Below, one piece after another: positions 30,969 to 38,042 of a DNA stretch of 39,590 nucleotides. The notes under the pieces are model-generated. The model saw nothing but the letters and a program-made list of their open reading frames with translations, was not told the origin of the DNA and did not search any database. The translations under genes were made by a program, and so were the position numbers. Origin of the DNA: a virus; the IMG/VR virus record IMGVR_UViG_3300045988_011202, positions 1-39,590 of that record. The stretch is one strand, 5' to 3'. Position 1 is the first letter of the stretch; each line of letters opens with the position of its first letter.

Positions 30969-31173
30969 CGTCAGCCCTCCTGTTCCATGCTTCGATTGCT
31001 TTTTCTTTGCTGGGCAGCCCAGATACTTTCATCTTCTTTGTGTGGAGGCCATCACCAGCCCTATATCTGCCACAACCAGCATCCCACCCAAAGTCTGCTC
31101 TATCGTAGGTATCGTACATATGGATAACGGTTGTAACTCCACCGCACTCAGGGCAGCGTTTCAATTCAGCCAT
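30946..31173 (-). CDS. Lar-family restriction-alleviation-like zinc-ribbon protein
   Basis: 75 aa. LKRCPECGG...and KEKAIEAWNRRA is the Lar-family signature (from memory). Confidence 0.6.
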   Translation of the reverse strand: MAELKRCPECGGVTTVIHMYDTYDRADFGWDAGCGRYRAGDGLHTKKMKVSGLPSKEKAIEAWNRRADDVRKEDS

Positions 31174-31175
31174 TA

Positions 31176-31337
31176 CTAACCCTCCTGTTCTTCCTCCCCG
31201 TCGGATACAGACGCGCCCTCGTTTTCTTCAACACAGCAATCTGTGCATACGCTCTCTCCGTTTGGCAAACCGTAGCACATTTCTCCCGTTTCGATGCGCT
31301 TTCCGCAGAATGCGCACCAATTCCATAGCCGGCTCAT
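31176..31337 (-). CDS. 53-aa zinc-ribbon mini-protein
   Basis: Hand-translated as MSRLWNWCAFCGKRIETGEMCYGLPNGESVCTDCCVEENEGASVSDGEEEQEG. The start overlaps the upstream stop (ATGA). Confidence 0.5.
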   Translation of the reverse strand: MSRLWNWCAFCGKRIETGEMCYGLPNGESVCTDCCVEENEGASVSDGEEEQEG

Positions 31338-31834
31338 TTCATCGCCTCCAATGCTTTCTCCGCCTCCTCGCGGGTGAGGAATACGGTCTTGCCGACATCA
31401 CGCGCATCTACAACGCCGCAACGTGATGTGTTCAACATAGTCCTCCCATTAAGTGTGCTTATATCTGTCACAGTAAAACTGTAAACTTGCTCGACCGGGT
31501 GACTACAGAATGTCCAAAGCCCGTCGTCCACCTTGCACGGCAGCACCACCAATCGCCCGTCCTTGTCTGCCTCGGCCAGCTCGCGCAAACGGGTATAGTT
31601 GCAAAGGCTCTCCAAATCAGCAAGACGCATCAGCTTCAGCGCGATCTCGTCTGCCTTATCTTTCGGCAGAACTTCCTCCGGTTCCAGTCCCGTGTCCTCG
31701 TAGGCGGCGCGCATTGTCAACAAATCACGCTGGATAATAGATAACATGCGATTTTGCGCTACGCTGTTTGTTGGTTTTCGTTCCCGCAAAACCACCTTCA
31801 CAGCAGCGGCCCTCTCGATGTATTCAGCCATCAT
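31334..31834 (-). CDS. hypothetical protein (166 aa), MAEYIER-type N-terminus
   Basis: Translationally coupled on both sides. The N-terminus is paralogous to that of 30151..30468. Confidence 0.7.
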   Translation of the reverse strand: MMAEYIERAAAVKVVLRERKPTNSVAQNRMLSIIQRDLLTMRAAYEDTGLEPEEVLPKDKADEIALKLMRLADLESLCNYTRLRELAEADKDGRLVVLPCKVDDGLWTFCSHPVEQVYSFTVTDISTLNGRTMLNTSRCGVVDARDVGKTVFLTREEAEKALEAMK

Positions 31835-32091
31835 TCACCCTCCGCATCGCAATCTTCAAGCATCGCTTTTATTGTTGCGATGTTCGCCCGGATAATGTCC
31901 ATTGTCACATCACTTTGGATGTGGTGTGCAAAAACTGCCTTGTCTGTTGCATCAGCGTTATAGTATCCGGTAATTGTCTCACCATCCGGGGAAGTTGCTG
32001 CAATGCACAGGCACGCTGGCTTAAACTCGGAAATAACTTTCGGGGATTCTTCCAGCCACTTGGAATACGGTTGCTTTGTGATATCGTTCAT
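31831..32091 (-). CDS. hypothetical protein (86 aa)
   Basis: A compact coupled ORF in the early operon. Confidence 0.65.
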   Translation of the reverse strand: MNDITKQPYSKWLEESPKVISEFKPACLCIAATSPDGETITGYYNADATDKAVFAHHIQSDVTMDIIRANIATIKAMLEDCDAEGE

Positions 32092-32445
32092 TCACTCCAC
32101 CTCCTGCATCCAATATTCTTTACGACAGTCGTCGCATCTGCGACCAATGGTTGCGCAGCCGCCATTTGCGTTCCTGTGCGATGCAGAAATTGGGCAGGGG
32201 CATACCAGCAGCACGCCATGTGTGCTAATACTCGCCTCCGGGTAGTGTTTTAAAAACACACTCTGTCGTGTCTTTCGCGGGTGTGCAGCAGACCATTCTT
32301 CTACGAGCTTGACGCGTTCCTTCGGAGTATAATTCGTTCCCGGTAGACGTATTGGGCATGCCCCGCCTTTGCAACATTCCGCACAGTTGCTAATATTTGC
32401 ATTGCACATCCGCTTTGCTTCTTCAATAAACTTCACAGCGTCCAT
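32092..32445 (-). CDS. Cys-rich hypothetical protein (117 aa)
   Basis: MDAVKFIEEAKRMCNANISNCAECCKGGACPI...LLVCPCPI...CDDCRKEYW. Confidence 0.65.
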   Translation of the reverse strand: MDAVKFIEEAKRMCNANISNCAECCKGGACPIRLPGTNYTPKERVKLVEEWSAAHPRKTRQSVFLKHYPEASISTHGVLLVCPCPISASHRNANGGCATIGRRCDDCRKEYWMQEVE

Positions 32446-32457
32446 ATTGTCAACCTC

Positions 32458-32661
32458 CTATCTCTTGTGATTCTTCCCCCGCTGGGCGCTCCGCCACCCG
32501 CGCCGGAACATGGATTTTCTGCCGGCTGTAAGTGCGCCTACAGTAGTCCCATAGTCCCGCCCCAGCCGCCGGGCTTCATATTCCCGGAAAGCCTCGCAAG
32601 CCTTCCGGCAGGCCCCGCAGGGGAGCCTGCCGGGGCAATCTTTTACGCATGGGCTTTTCAT
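32458..32661 (-). CDS. Cys-rich zinc-finger mini-protein (67 aa)
   Basis: The start MKSPCVKDCPGRLPCGACRKACEAF overlaps the upstream stop. Confidence 0.55.
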   Translation of the reverse strand: MKSPCVKDCPGRLPCGACRKACEAFREYEARRLGRDYGTTVGALTAGRKSMFRRGWRSAQRGKNHKR

Positions 32662-33131
32662 CCGGCCCACCTCACGATCTTTTCTCGCACACCCCACCGC
32701 AAGGCGTCCTCGTGGCTGTCAAAATACAGATCCAGCCGATTCCCGGCAATGGCGCCACCGGTGTCCTGCACGGTGTATGTATGGCCGTCCAGTTCGATTT
32801 CTGTCCCCATCGGCAGCACATCTGGGTCTGCGGCGATCGTCACGCCCTGGGTGGCTTTTGCGCCGGTGGCTGTGTAGCCATTTGCGAACACCCCACAGCA
32901 TTTTTCACAGGGGCAGTACGCTGTGACGGTGAATGCCGCTTCTTGCCTATACCCAGCCTTTTCAGCCGATTCTGGCTGCAATGCAACCACCTGCGGCAAC
33001 CGCTCCTCTGCTGGATTATCATTTGCGCTGCACGTCTGTGCTGTCATCGCAATGGTCAGCGCACCCAGCGTTGCCGCCGCCAGCACCATTATCCCAGCGA
33101 TCCGATTCATTTTGTCACATTTTCCCATCAT
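32658..33131 (-). CDS. secreted 3D-domain protein (RlpA/MltA-like double-psi beta-barrel; putative peptidoglycan-acting)
   Basis: Signal-like N-terminus IAGIMVLAAATLGALTIAMTAQTCSA. FTVTAYCPCEKCCG...GVTIAADPDVLPMGTEIEL...YTVQDTGGAIAGNRLDLYF is the 3D-domain pattern. Confidence 0.8.
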   Translation of the reverse strand: MMGKCDKMNRIAGIMVLAAATLGALTIAMTAQTCSANDNPAEERLPQVVALQPESAEKAGYRQEAAFTVTAYCPCEKCCGVFANGYTATGAKATQGVTIAADPDVLPMGTEIELDGHTYTVQDTGGAIAGNRLDLYFDSHEDALRWGVREKIVRWAG

Positions 33132-33502
33132 TCCGTCCTTTCGTCCGCCTCAAACTCCGGGCAACTTAGCACCAAGTAAGACTCTGACTTGCGGCCTGGT
33201 ATGCCGAGCGATTTTACCGCCACCCATCCCGGCGCTGGCTCAAAGCGTACCTTTTTGGAGCTATCCAGCCCCGTCCAGGAGCAGCGCCCAACAGCTTTTT
33301 TGCATCTCCAACAGAGCGTCCCCCTGCTTTCCGTGTTGTTTTGGTTTGTGAGCCTCTTTTCGCTTATCCGGCGCATCTTTCTGGCGATTGCATCACACTG
33401 TTTGCAAGTTGTCCTCCACTTGTTTTCGCCTTTTTTGCTGTAGTTTGTGATTGGCTTTTCTATGCCGCAGCGCTTACATACGCGCATCTCGGGTTGTAGC
33501 AT
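33128..33502 (-). CDS. zinc-ribbon protein, hypothetical (124 aa)
   Basis: The start MLQPEMRVCKRCG lies 5 nt after GGAGGA. CKRCG...CKQCD and CWRCKKAVGRCSW motifs are present. Confidence 0.6.
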   Translation of the reverse strand: MLQPEMRVCKRCGIEKPITNYSKKGENKWRTTCKQCDAIARKMRRISEKRLTNQNNTESRGTLCWRCKKAVGRCSWTGLDSSKKVRFEPAPGWVAVKSLGIPGRKSESYLVLSCPEFEADERTE

Positions 33503-33887
33503 CCATGTCCTCCATCTCCCGGATAAACAATACTGTCCGTGGGTTATCCTTGTCGTACAGCACCCGACTCCCGTCGTGGCTAACGATAATGCCGCTGTGG
33601 TCGTCCTTGAGTACACCGGCCCGCACCAGCACATCGTCGATGGATTCCAGCAGATTTGTCAAATCCACTCGCCTCCGGGTAGGCATATAAAACAGGCATT
33701 TGACCTCCACAGGCTTCTCAATGGGGCGCTGCACTTTGGCCTTTTTGCAGTGCCATACAGCTTCCGCCTCGTAGTCCTGGTACTGCTTGGACGGCATAAT
33801 AAACGGCTTCCCCGTTTTGCTGCTATGCATGATCCGCATATGGTTTTTCTTTGTGACGGGTGCCAGCGGCACCGTGATCTCAATCAT
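33474..33887 (-). CDS. rusA: RusA-family Holliday junction resolvase
   Basis: 137 aa. VTKKNHMRI...RRVDLTNLLESIDDVLVRAGVLKDDHSGII is the RusA signature. Confidence 0.88.
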   Translation of the reverse strand: MIEITVPLAPVTKKNHMRIMHSSKTGKPFIMPSKQYQDYEAEAVWHCKKAKVQRPIEKPVEVKCLFYMPTRRRVDLTNLLESIDDVLVRAGVLKDDHSGIIVSHDGSRVLYDKDNPRTVLFIREMEDMDATTRDARM

Positions 33888-34071
33888 CGTCTCCCTCCCC
33901 TATCGGTACGGCCACATACTTGGGCCGTCCTTTGGTACGCTTGCCGCCGTACACGGCCCAGTAGATCGTCCGCCAGCTGACGCCGCAAATGTTGGCCAGC
34001 TCGATAATAGATTCCGAAACGGCATCCGGGAGCTCGTACTTGTCCCGGCTTACTCGCATGTAGATTGTCAT
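33880..34071 (-). CDS. small HTH DNA-binding protein (63 aa)
   Basis: SIIELANICGVSWRTIYWAVYGGKR is HTH-like. Confidence 0.55.
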   Translation of the reverse strand: MTIYMRVSRDKYELPDAVSESIIELANICGVSWRTIYWAVYGGKRTKGRPKYVAVPIGEGDDD

Positions 34072-34072
34072 A

Positions 34073-34378
34073 TTACACCGCCAATCCGTCCAGCAGCTCC
34101 TCCACGGTCATCTGACCCGGCACCTGCATGGCCTTTGCAAGCCTGCTGTATGTGGCCAGCTCGTCCAGAGCCCGCTTGCGGTACATGTCCAGCAGCGCCT
34201 TCTTGTCCTCGTCGGTCTCGGCAAGGCGGTATCCGCCGTCCTTCAGCGCCACAATGGGCACCCCCTGCCTCCGCTGCGCCCGGATCATTCGCCGGTTCTC
34301 TCTGTCCGGCATCCCGGTCAATGCTTCAAGGTTTTTCCGGGTGTATGTAATGCCGGGAATCATGCGTAATGTGGTCAT
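34073..34378 (-). CDS. hypothetical protein (101 aa)
   Basis: The start MTTLRMIPGITY lies 6 nt after GGGGAGG, which is located in the end of the methyltransferase ORF. Confidence 0.65.
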   Translation of the reverse strand: MTTLRMIPGITYTRKNLEALTGMPDRENRRMIRAQRRQGVPIVALKDGGYRLAETDEDKKALLDMYRKRALDELATYSRLAKAMQVPGQMTVEELLDGLAV

Positions 34379-34379
34379 G

Positions 34380-35765
34380 TCAATCCTCCCCAAATCTCAG
34401 TTTCGTCACGGCAATGGGGAACTCTTCAATCTCGCTTGCCCAGCGTGCCGTGCCCTTGCCGTTGTGCCGCTCAAACACCAGCGGAAAGCCGCCGATACCG
34501 TCAAACAGGCTACCCATCGTAACAGGGCGAAGATATTGCGCACTGATACGCTTTGCCAGGAAATCCCAGAAGGGAAGGGCGATGGAGTTACCCAGTGCCT
34601 TGTAGCGAGGGCTGTCGCTTGGTTTGCGCAGCTTGCCCTTACTGTCGCGCCACTCGCCAATGTCTGTCCATCCGTCCGGGAAACCTTGCAGCCGTTCGCA
34701 CTCCATCGGGGTAAGGCGTCGCACAATCATGCCCGTTCTCACGGTGTTCTGCAAATTGTAGCTGATTCCGCCGTTTGATTTTGCCTGCAAAGTCCCGTTT
34801 GTTTCGCCGCCCTCTCGGAAGTTCCGGCAGTCAACAGCACAAACAAGGTCTGTGCTGTCCTTAAAGTCCCGCTGCTTGCAACTGCTTGCAACCTCTCCGG
34901 CGCGGTAATCTCCAAACCCTTGCATTTGATATGTCAGCGGCACTTGGTTTCCGCCTGTTCCCATACGGGCTTGCAAACTCGGAACAATCTCGCCGCAGTC
35001 TCGGATGACATCGCAAGCGTGCGACATATCCAGTGCAACCACCGCCGGGGTTTGGTTCGTCCCGCTGGGTGCCGCCGCCAGCGTGGGCGATACTTCCTCA
35101 CTGTACCCGATGCCGCCCGCCTGTGCGCCCTGTCCGGCCTTAAACCCGGCACATAGCACAGCTTCGCGGTTCAGACCGCTGTTTTCACGGGAACTGAGCG
35201 TAGGCGAAACGCCGTTACCGTCGTATACGCGCTGGCTCTGTGCGTCCCAAGGTGTCATGCACATTACCCCGTGGCGGTCGCCGGCAGTCAGCGTAGGAGA
35301 CGGGTCTCCCTCTTTTCCGATGCCAAGACCGTTTCCGCTGCCATCGTGGTTGCGGCTCTCTCCGCCGCCCTGCCATCTTGTAGCTTTGTCGTTGATGGGG
35401 ATTGCTGCAAATATGGCAGGATTGTTCACACCTCCTCCAACACCGCCTTGTAGTGTGGGAGATTTTCCGTTTGTGTCAAAAATGCGCTTGCTTTGGCAAT
35501 CCCAAGCCGTCATGCAGTCCCCGACTGCCGGATTAAAACCTCTTTCAGCAGCTTCGGCAAATCCTTCCCGCGCCGTTCCGCTCTCCGTAGGATGCCTTGA
35601 CACGCTTTTGCGCTCAAAGAGTATTTCTCCTGCGGTGTCTCCTCCAAAATCTGCGACAACCGAGATACGACGGCGGCGTTGTGGGACTCCCCAGTATTGC
35701 GCGTCATGCACTCGCCAAGCCACGCTCCATCGTCCTCCCACCTCATCGTGGTAGCCCCCCCCCAA
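34380..35765 (-). CDS. cytosine-5 DNA methyltransferase, downstream reading frame: motif VIII, multiple TRD modules, motifs IX and X, then motifs I and II at the C-terminus
   Basis: QYWGVPQRRRRISVVA (VIII). Repeated xSPTL modules. RRLTPMECERLQGFPDGWT (IX). GNSIALP (X). Then GSLFDGIGGF (I) and WASEIEEFPIAVTKLRF (II). The ORF-track start is only a TTG inside the G9 tract. Confidence 0.85.
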   Translation of the reverse strand: MGGGYHDEVGGRWSVAWRVHDAQYWGVPQRRRRISVVADFGGDTAGEILFERKSVSRHPTESGTAREGFAEAAERGFNPAVGDCMTAWDCQSKRIFDTNGKSPTLQGGVGGGVNNPAIFAAIPINDKATRWQGGGESRNHDGSGNGLGIGKEGDPSPTLTAGDRHGVMCMTPWDAQSQRVYDGNGVSPTLSSRENSGLNREAVLCAGFKAGQGAQAGGIGYSEEVSPTLAAAPSGTNQTPAVVALDMSHACDVIRDCGEIVPSLQARMGTGGNQVPLTYQMQGFGDYRAGEVASSCKQRDFKDSTDLVCAVDCRNFREGGETNGTLQAKSNGGISYNLQNTVRTGMIVRRLTPMECERLQGFPDGWTDIGEWRDSKGKLRKPSDSPRYKALGNSIALPFWDFLAKRISAQYLRPVTMGSLFDGIGGFPLVFERHNGKGTARWASEIEEFPIAVTKLRFGED

Positions 35766-36130
35766 GTTGGCCAGCCTTTTTCAGGCACATCAATATCGGG
35801 GGCTTCCGGCTCTGCGATGCGGATGATCTCTTCGAGGACTGCCGCGAAGTCTTTTCCTTTGTTGCTGCTGAAAGCTCCGGGCACATTTTCCCAGACCATA
35901 AACCGAGGTCTGACCATGTCACCTGTCCTTCCGTTTGCTCTGTCATGCTCTCTCATCTCCTTTACGATGCGGATTTGCGCCATGAACAATCCGCTCCTTG
36001 CGCCGGCCAATCCGGCGCGTTTTCCCGCAATGCTCAAATCTTGGCACGGCGATCCGCCCGTGATAACATCCACGATTTCAATTTCTGCACCGTTGATTTT
36101 GCAAATATCTCCTAAATGCTTCACTTCCAT
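35510..36130 (-). CDS. cytosine-5 DNA methyltransferase, upstream reading frame: motifs III-IV-VI; goes out of frame at the G9 tract
   Basis: Start MEVKHLGDICKINGAEIEIVDVITGGSPCQDLSIAGKR (PCQ, motif IV), then MVWENVPG (ENV, motif VI). After WPTWGG the sequence stops looking like a methyltransferase. Confidence 0.85.
   Translation of the reverse strand: MEVKHLGDICKINGAEIEIVDVITGGSPCQDLSIAGKRAGLAGARSGLFMAQIRIVKEMREHDRANGRTGDMVRPRFMVWENVPGAFSSNKGKDFAAVLEEIIRIAEPEAPDIDVPEKGWPTWGGATTMRWEDDGAWLGECMTRNTGESHNAAVVSRLSQILEETPQEKYSLSAKACQGILRRAERRGKDLPKLLKEVLIRQSGTA
35755..35763. repeat. C9/G9 homopolymer at the frame junction of the C5-methyltransferase
   Basis: Read directly as gtagcccccccccaag. One extra G would fuse ...EKGWPTWGG to GYHDEVGGRWSVAWRVHDAQYWGVPQRRRR in frame. 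Confidence 0.9.
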
Positions 36131-36137
36131 CGCCCTC

Positions 36138-36779
36138 CTACCATCGCATAAACTCCGCCAGGCTATTGTCCGGTGTCTTTTCCTTGGGATCGGCAGTCTT
36201 TGCCCATCTTTCCCACTTTTCGGCATTTCGACAAGCCGCTTTCCAGTTTTTCATGGGGGTCTTGCCGACCATCCAGCCCTTAGACTCGTAGAAATCAATA
36301 AATTCCTGCGGGTCCACCGGGGAATGGCGTTCAGCCACATAGGACTGCACCTCTGCCAGGGTGGGCGGGGTAAAGCGCTTCGCGCGTATATCACCCTTGC
36401 TATCGTTAGATAGCTGGGTATTGGTATTGGTTTTGGTTTCGGTATTGGTTTCGGTATTGCCATTTTTGCCATTAGCAACTATGGCTTTGCCATTTTTGCC
36501 ATTAGCAAAAATGCGTTTGCCATTTTGCCATCTTGCGGCGGCTCCGGCCTTGCCCGCCTCGCGCCGGGTGGTAGAAATGTCGTCATAGCTCGCCTTAAAC
36601 CGATCCTCCTGCGCCATTACGCGCTTGGCATAAAATCTCTCATTGCCACAGAGCGCCAACTGCTCTCCCGTCATGCTGTATACCAGCAATGCCCGCGTTA
36701 GCCGCCCGAACTCTGCATCGTTGAGTGCTTCCATCTCCTCTAAATAGTCATAGGGGAGTGCAGCATAGTTTCTTGCCAT
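36138..36779 (-). CDS. replisome-organiser-like protein with the conserved phage C-terminus (Phg_2220_C-type)
   Basis: 213 aa. The C-terminus is FTPPTLAEVQSYVAERHSPVDPQEFIDFYESKGWMVGKTPMKNWKAACRNAEKW. The linker is low-complexity NGK/TETN repeats. Confidence 0.75.
   Translation of the reverse strand: MARNYAALPYDYLEEMEALNDAEFGRLTRALLVYSMTGEQLALCGNERFYAKRVMAQEDRFKASYDDISTTRREAGKAGAAARWQNGKRIFANGKNGKAIVANGKNGNTETNTETKTNTNTQLSNDSKGDIRAKRFTPPTLAEVQSYVAERHSPVDPQEFIDFYESKGWMVGKTPMKNWKAACRNAEKWERWAKTADPKEKTPDNSLAEFMRW
36425..36530 (-). repeat. coding tandem repeats: a 12-nt unit (ggtattggtttc) and a 30-nt unit (gccatttttgccattagcaa...) x2.4
   Basis: Read directly. They encode ANGKNGKAIVANGKNGNTETNTETKTNTNT. 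Confidence 0.8.
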
Positions 36780-36791
36780 CGTGACACCGCC

Positions 36792-37196
36792 TTAAAACGG
36801 AAGGTCGCCGTCGTCCTCGGAAATCTCCGCGAATGTCTGCGTGGGTTCCTGTACAGCGAAGGTATACGTGGGTTTCTGAACAGCGTCCTTGCTGCCGCAG
36901 AAATGCACCTTGTCGGCAGTCAGCTCCACCACGGTGCGCTTGTTGCCGGCCTTGTCCTCATAGTCCCGGCTGGAGAGCTTGCCCTCCACGATGATCTCCT
37001 TGCCTTTGGTAAAGTGGGTGCAGATCAGCTCTGCCGTTCCCTGCCATGCCACACAGGGGAGGAACAGCTTCGTTTCTCTGTCCTTTACCTTCTCGCTCCA
37101 CGCCAAGCGGAAGCTGCATACCGTTGTCCCGTTCTGTGTGGCTCTGCGTTCGGGGTCAGAGCAAAGCCGCCCCTGCAAAATCATTCTGTTTACCAT
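36792..37196 (-). CDS. ssb: single-stranded DNA-binding protein
   Basis: 134 aa. OB-fold pattern NRMILQGRLCSDPERRATQNGTTVCSFRLA and an acidic tip DDGDLPF. Confidence 0.93.
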   Translation of the reverse strand: MVNRMILQGRLCSDPERRATQNGTTVCSFRLAWSEKVKDRETKLFLPCVAWQGTAELICTHFTKGKEIIVEGKLSSRDYEDKAGNKRTVVELTADKVHFCGSKDAVQKPTYTFAVQEPTQTFAEISEDDGDLPF

Positions 37197-37207
37197 CTTT
37201 TTCCTCC

Positions 37208-37489
37208 TTACAAATAGCTTTTTCCAAATTCTCGCCGGAAGTCATCTTCCGTCCAGCCCTGCTCCCGCATGGCCTTTAATTGGCCGTATCTTTGCAGCTG
37301 CCGCATTTTTAAGGCGTTGTTGTGTACGGCGGTTTTCGCGAAAATATGGCACCTGTTATGGCACAGGTACACCACAAGGCCGTATTTCTCGCTTTTCTTG
37401 CGGCATGCACCGGGGAATATGTGGTGCAGGTCCAGCGGGTCACTTGCGCCATTTCTGCCGCAGAGAAAACACCGTCTATTGTCAGTCAC
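37208..37489 (-). CDS. HNH/zinc-finger nuclease-like protein (tentative)
   Basis: 93 aa. CFLCGR...LDLHHIFPGACRKKSEKYGLVVYLCHNRCH. Confidence 0.45.
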   Translation of the reverse strand: MTDNRRCFLCGRNGASDPLDLHHIFPGACRKKSEKYGLVVYLCHNRCHIFAKTAVHNNALKMRQLQRYGQLKAMREQGWTEDDFRREFGKSYL

Positions 37490-38042
37490 CTTTATAACCT
37501 CCCAGCGGCTTGGCTTCGCCCCAGCGAGATTTCAGGGAATCCAGCTCTTGCGGGGTCAGCGTCTCGATGCCTGCTTCCTTGCAATCGGCAACAATTTGGT
37601 CGATAAGTCGGCTCATCTGCTCCACATCGTAGGTGCTGGATCCGTACCAGACGGTCACATTCACGCAGCCGGGAATTTTGCTCGGCCCTTGCTCGGCCAT
37701 CCAGCCCGTTCCCTTGGATTCCCATTTTCGGCAGAACTCGTCCGCCGCCTTTGATACAATGCACAGAACATCGCTTACGCCACCGATTGTCTTTATTTCC
37801 TCCCGATACACATCATTTCTCGGAATCCCATAGTGCGCCGCCAGCTTGTCCAGCAAAACCCACGCATACGCATTGGCATCCAGGCTCCTGCCCTTGCGCT
37901 TGATCTGCGCCACATACTGCTTGTCCGGCTGCAGCTCGTCGCACACGGCCATTGCCGACCGGGGGGACTGCACCCGAAGGCACAGCCACGCCCCATCGCT
38001 GTCCTGCTGCCACCGGGCGGCGGTCACATCAGCCTGCAGCAT
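37482..38042 (-). CDS. NinB/Orf-like recombination mediator (tentative)
   Basis: 186 aa. KRKGRSLDANAYAWVLLDKLA resembles the RSLDQN motif of lambda NinB. The gene lies next to Erf and SSB. Confidence 0.45.
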   Translation of the reverse strand: MLQADVTAARWQQDSDGAWLCLRVQSPRSAMAVCDELQPDKQYVAQIKRKGRSLDANAYAWVLLDKLAAHYGIPRNDVYREEIKTIGGVSDVLCIVSKAADEFCRKWESKGTGWMAEQGPSKIPGCVNVTVWYGSSTYDVEQMSRLIDQIVADCKEAGIETLTPQELDSLKSRWGEAKPLGGYKGD

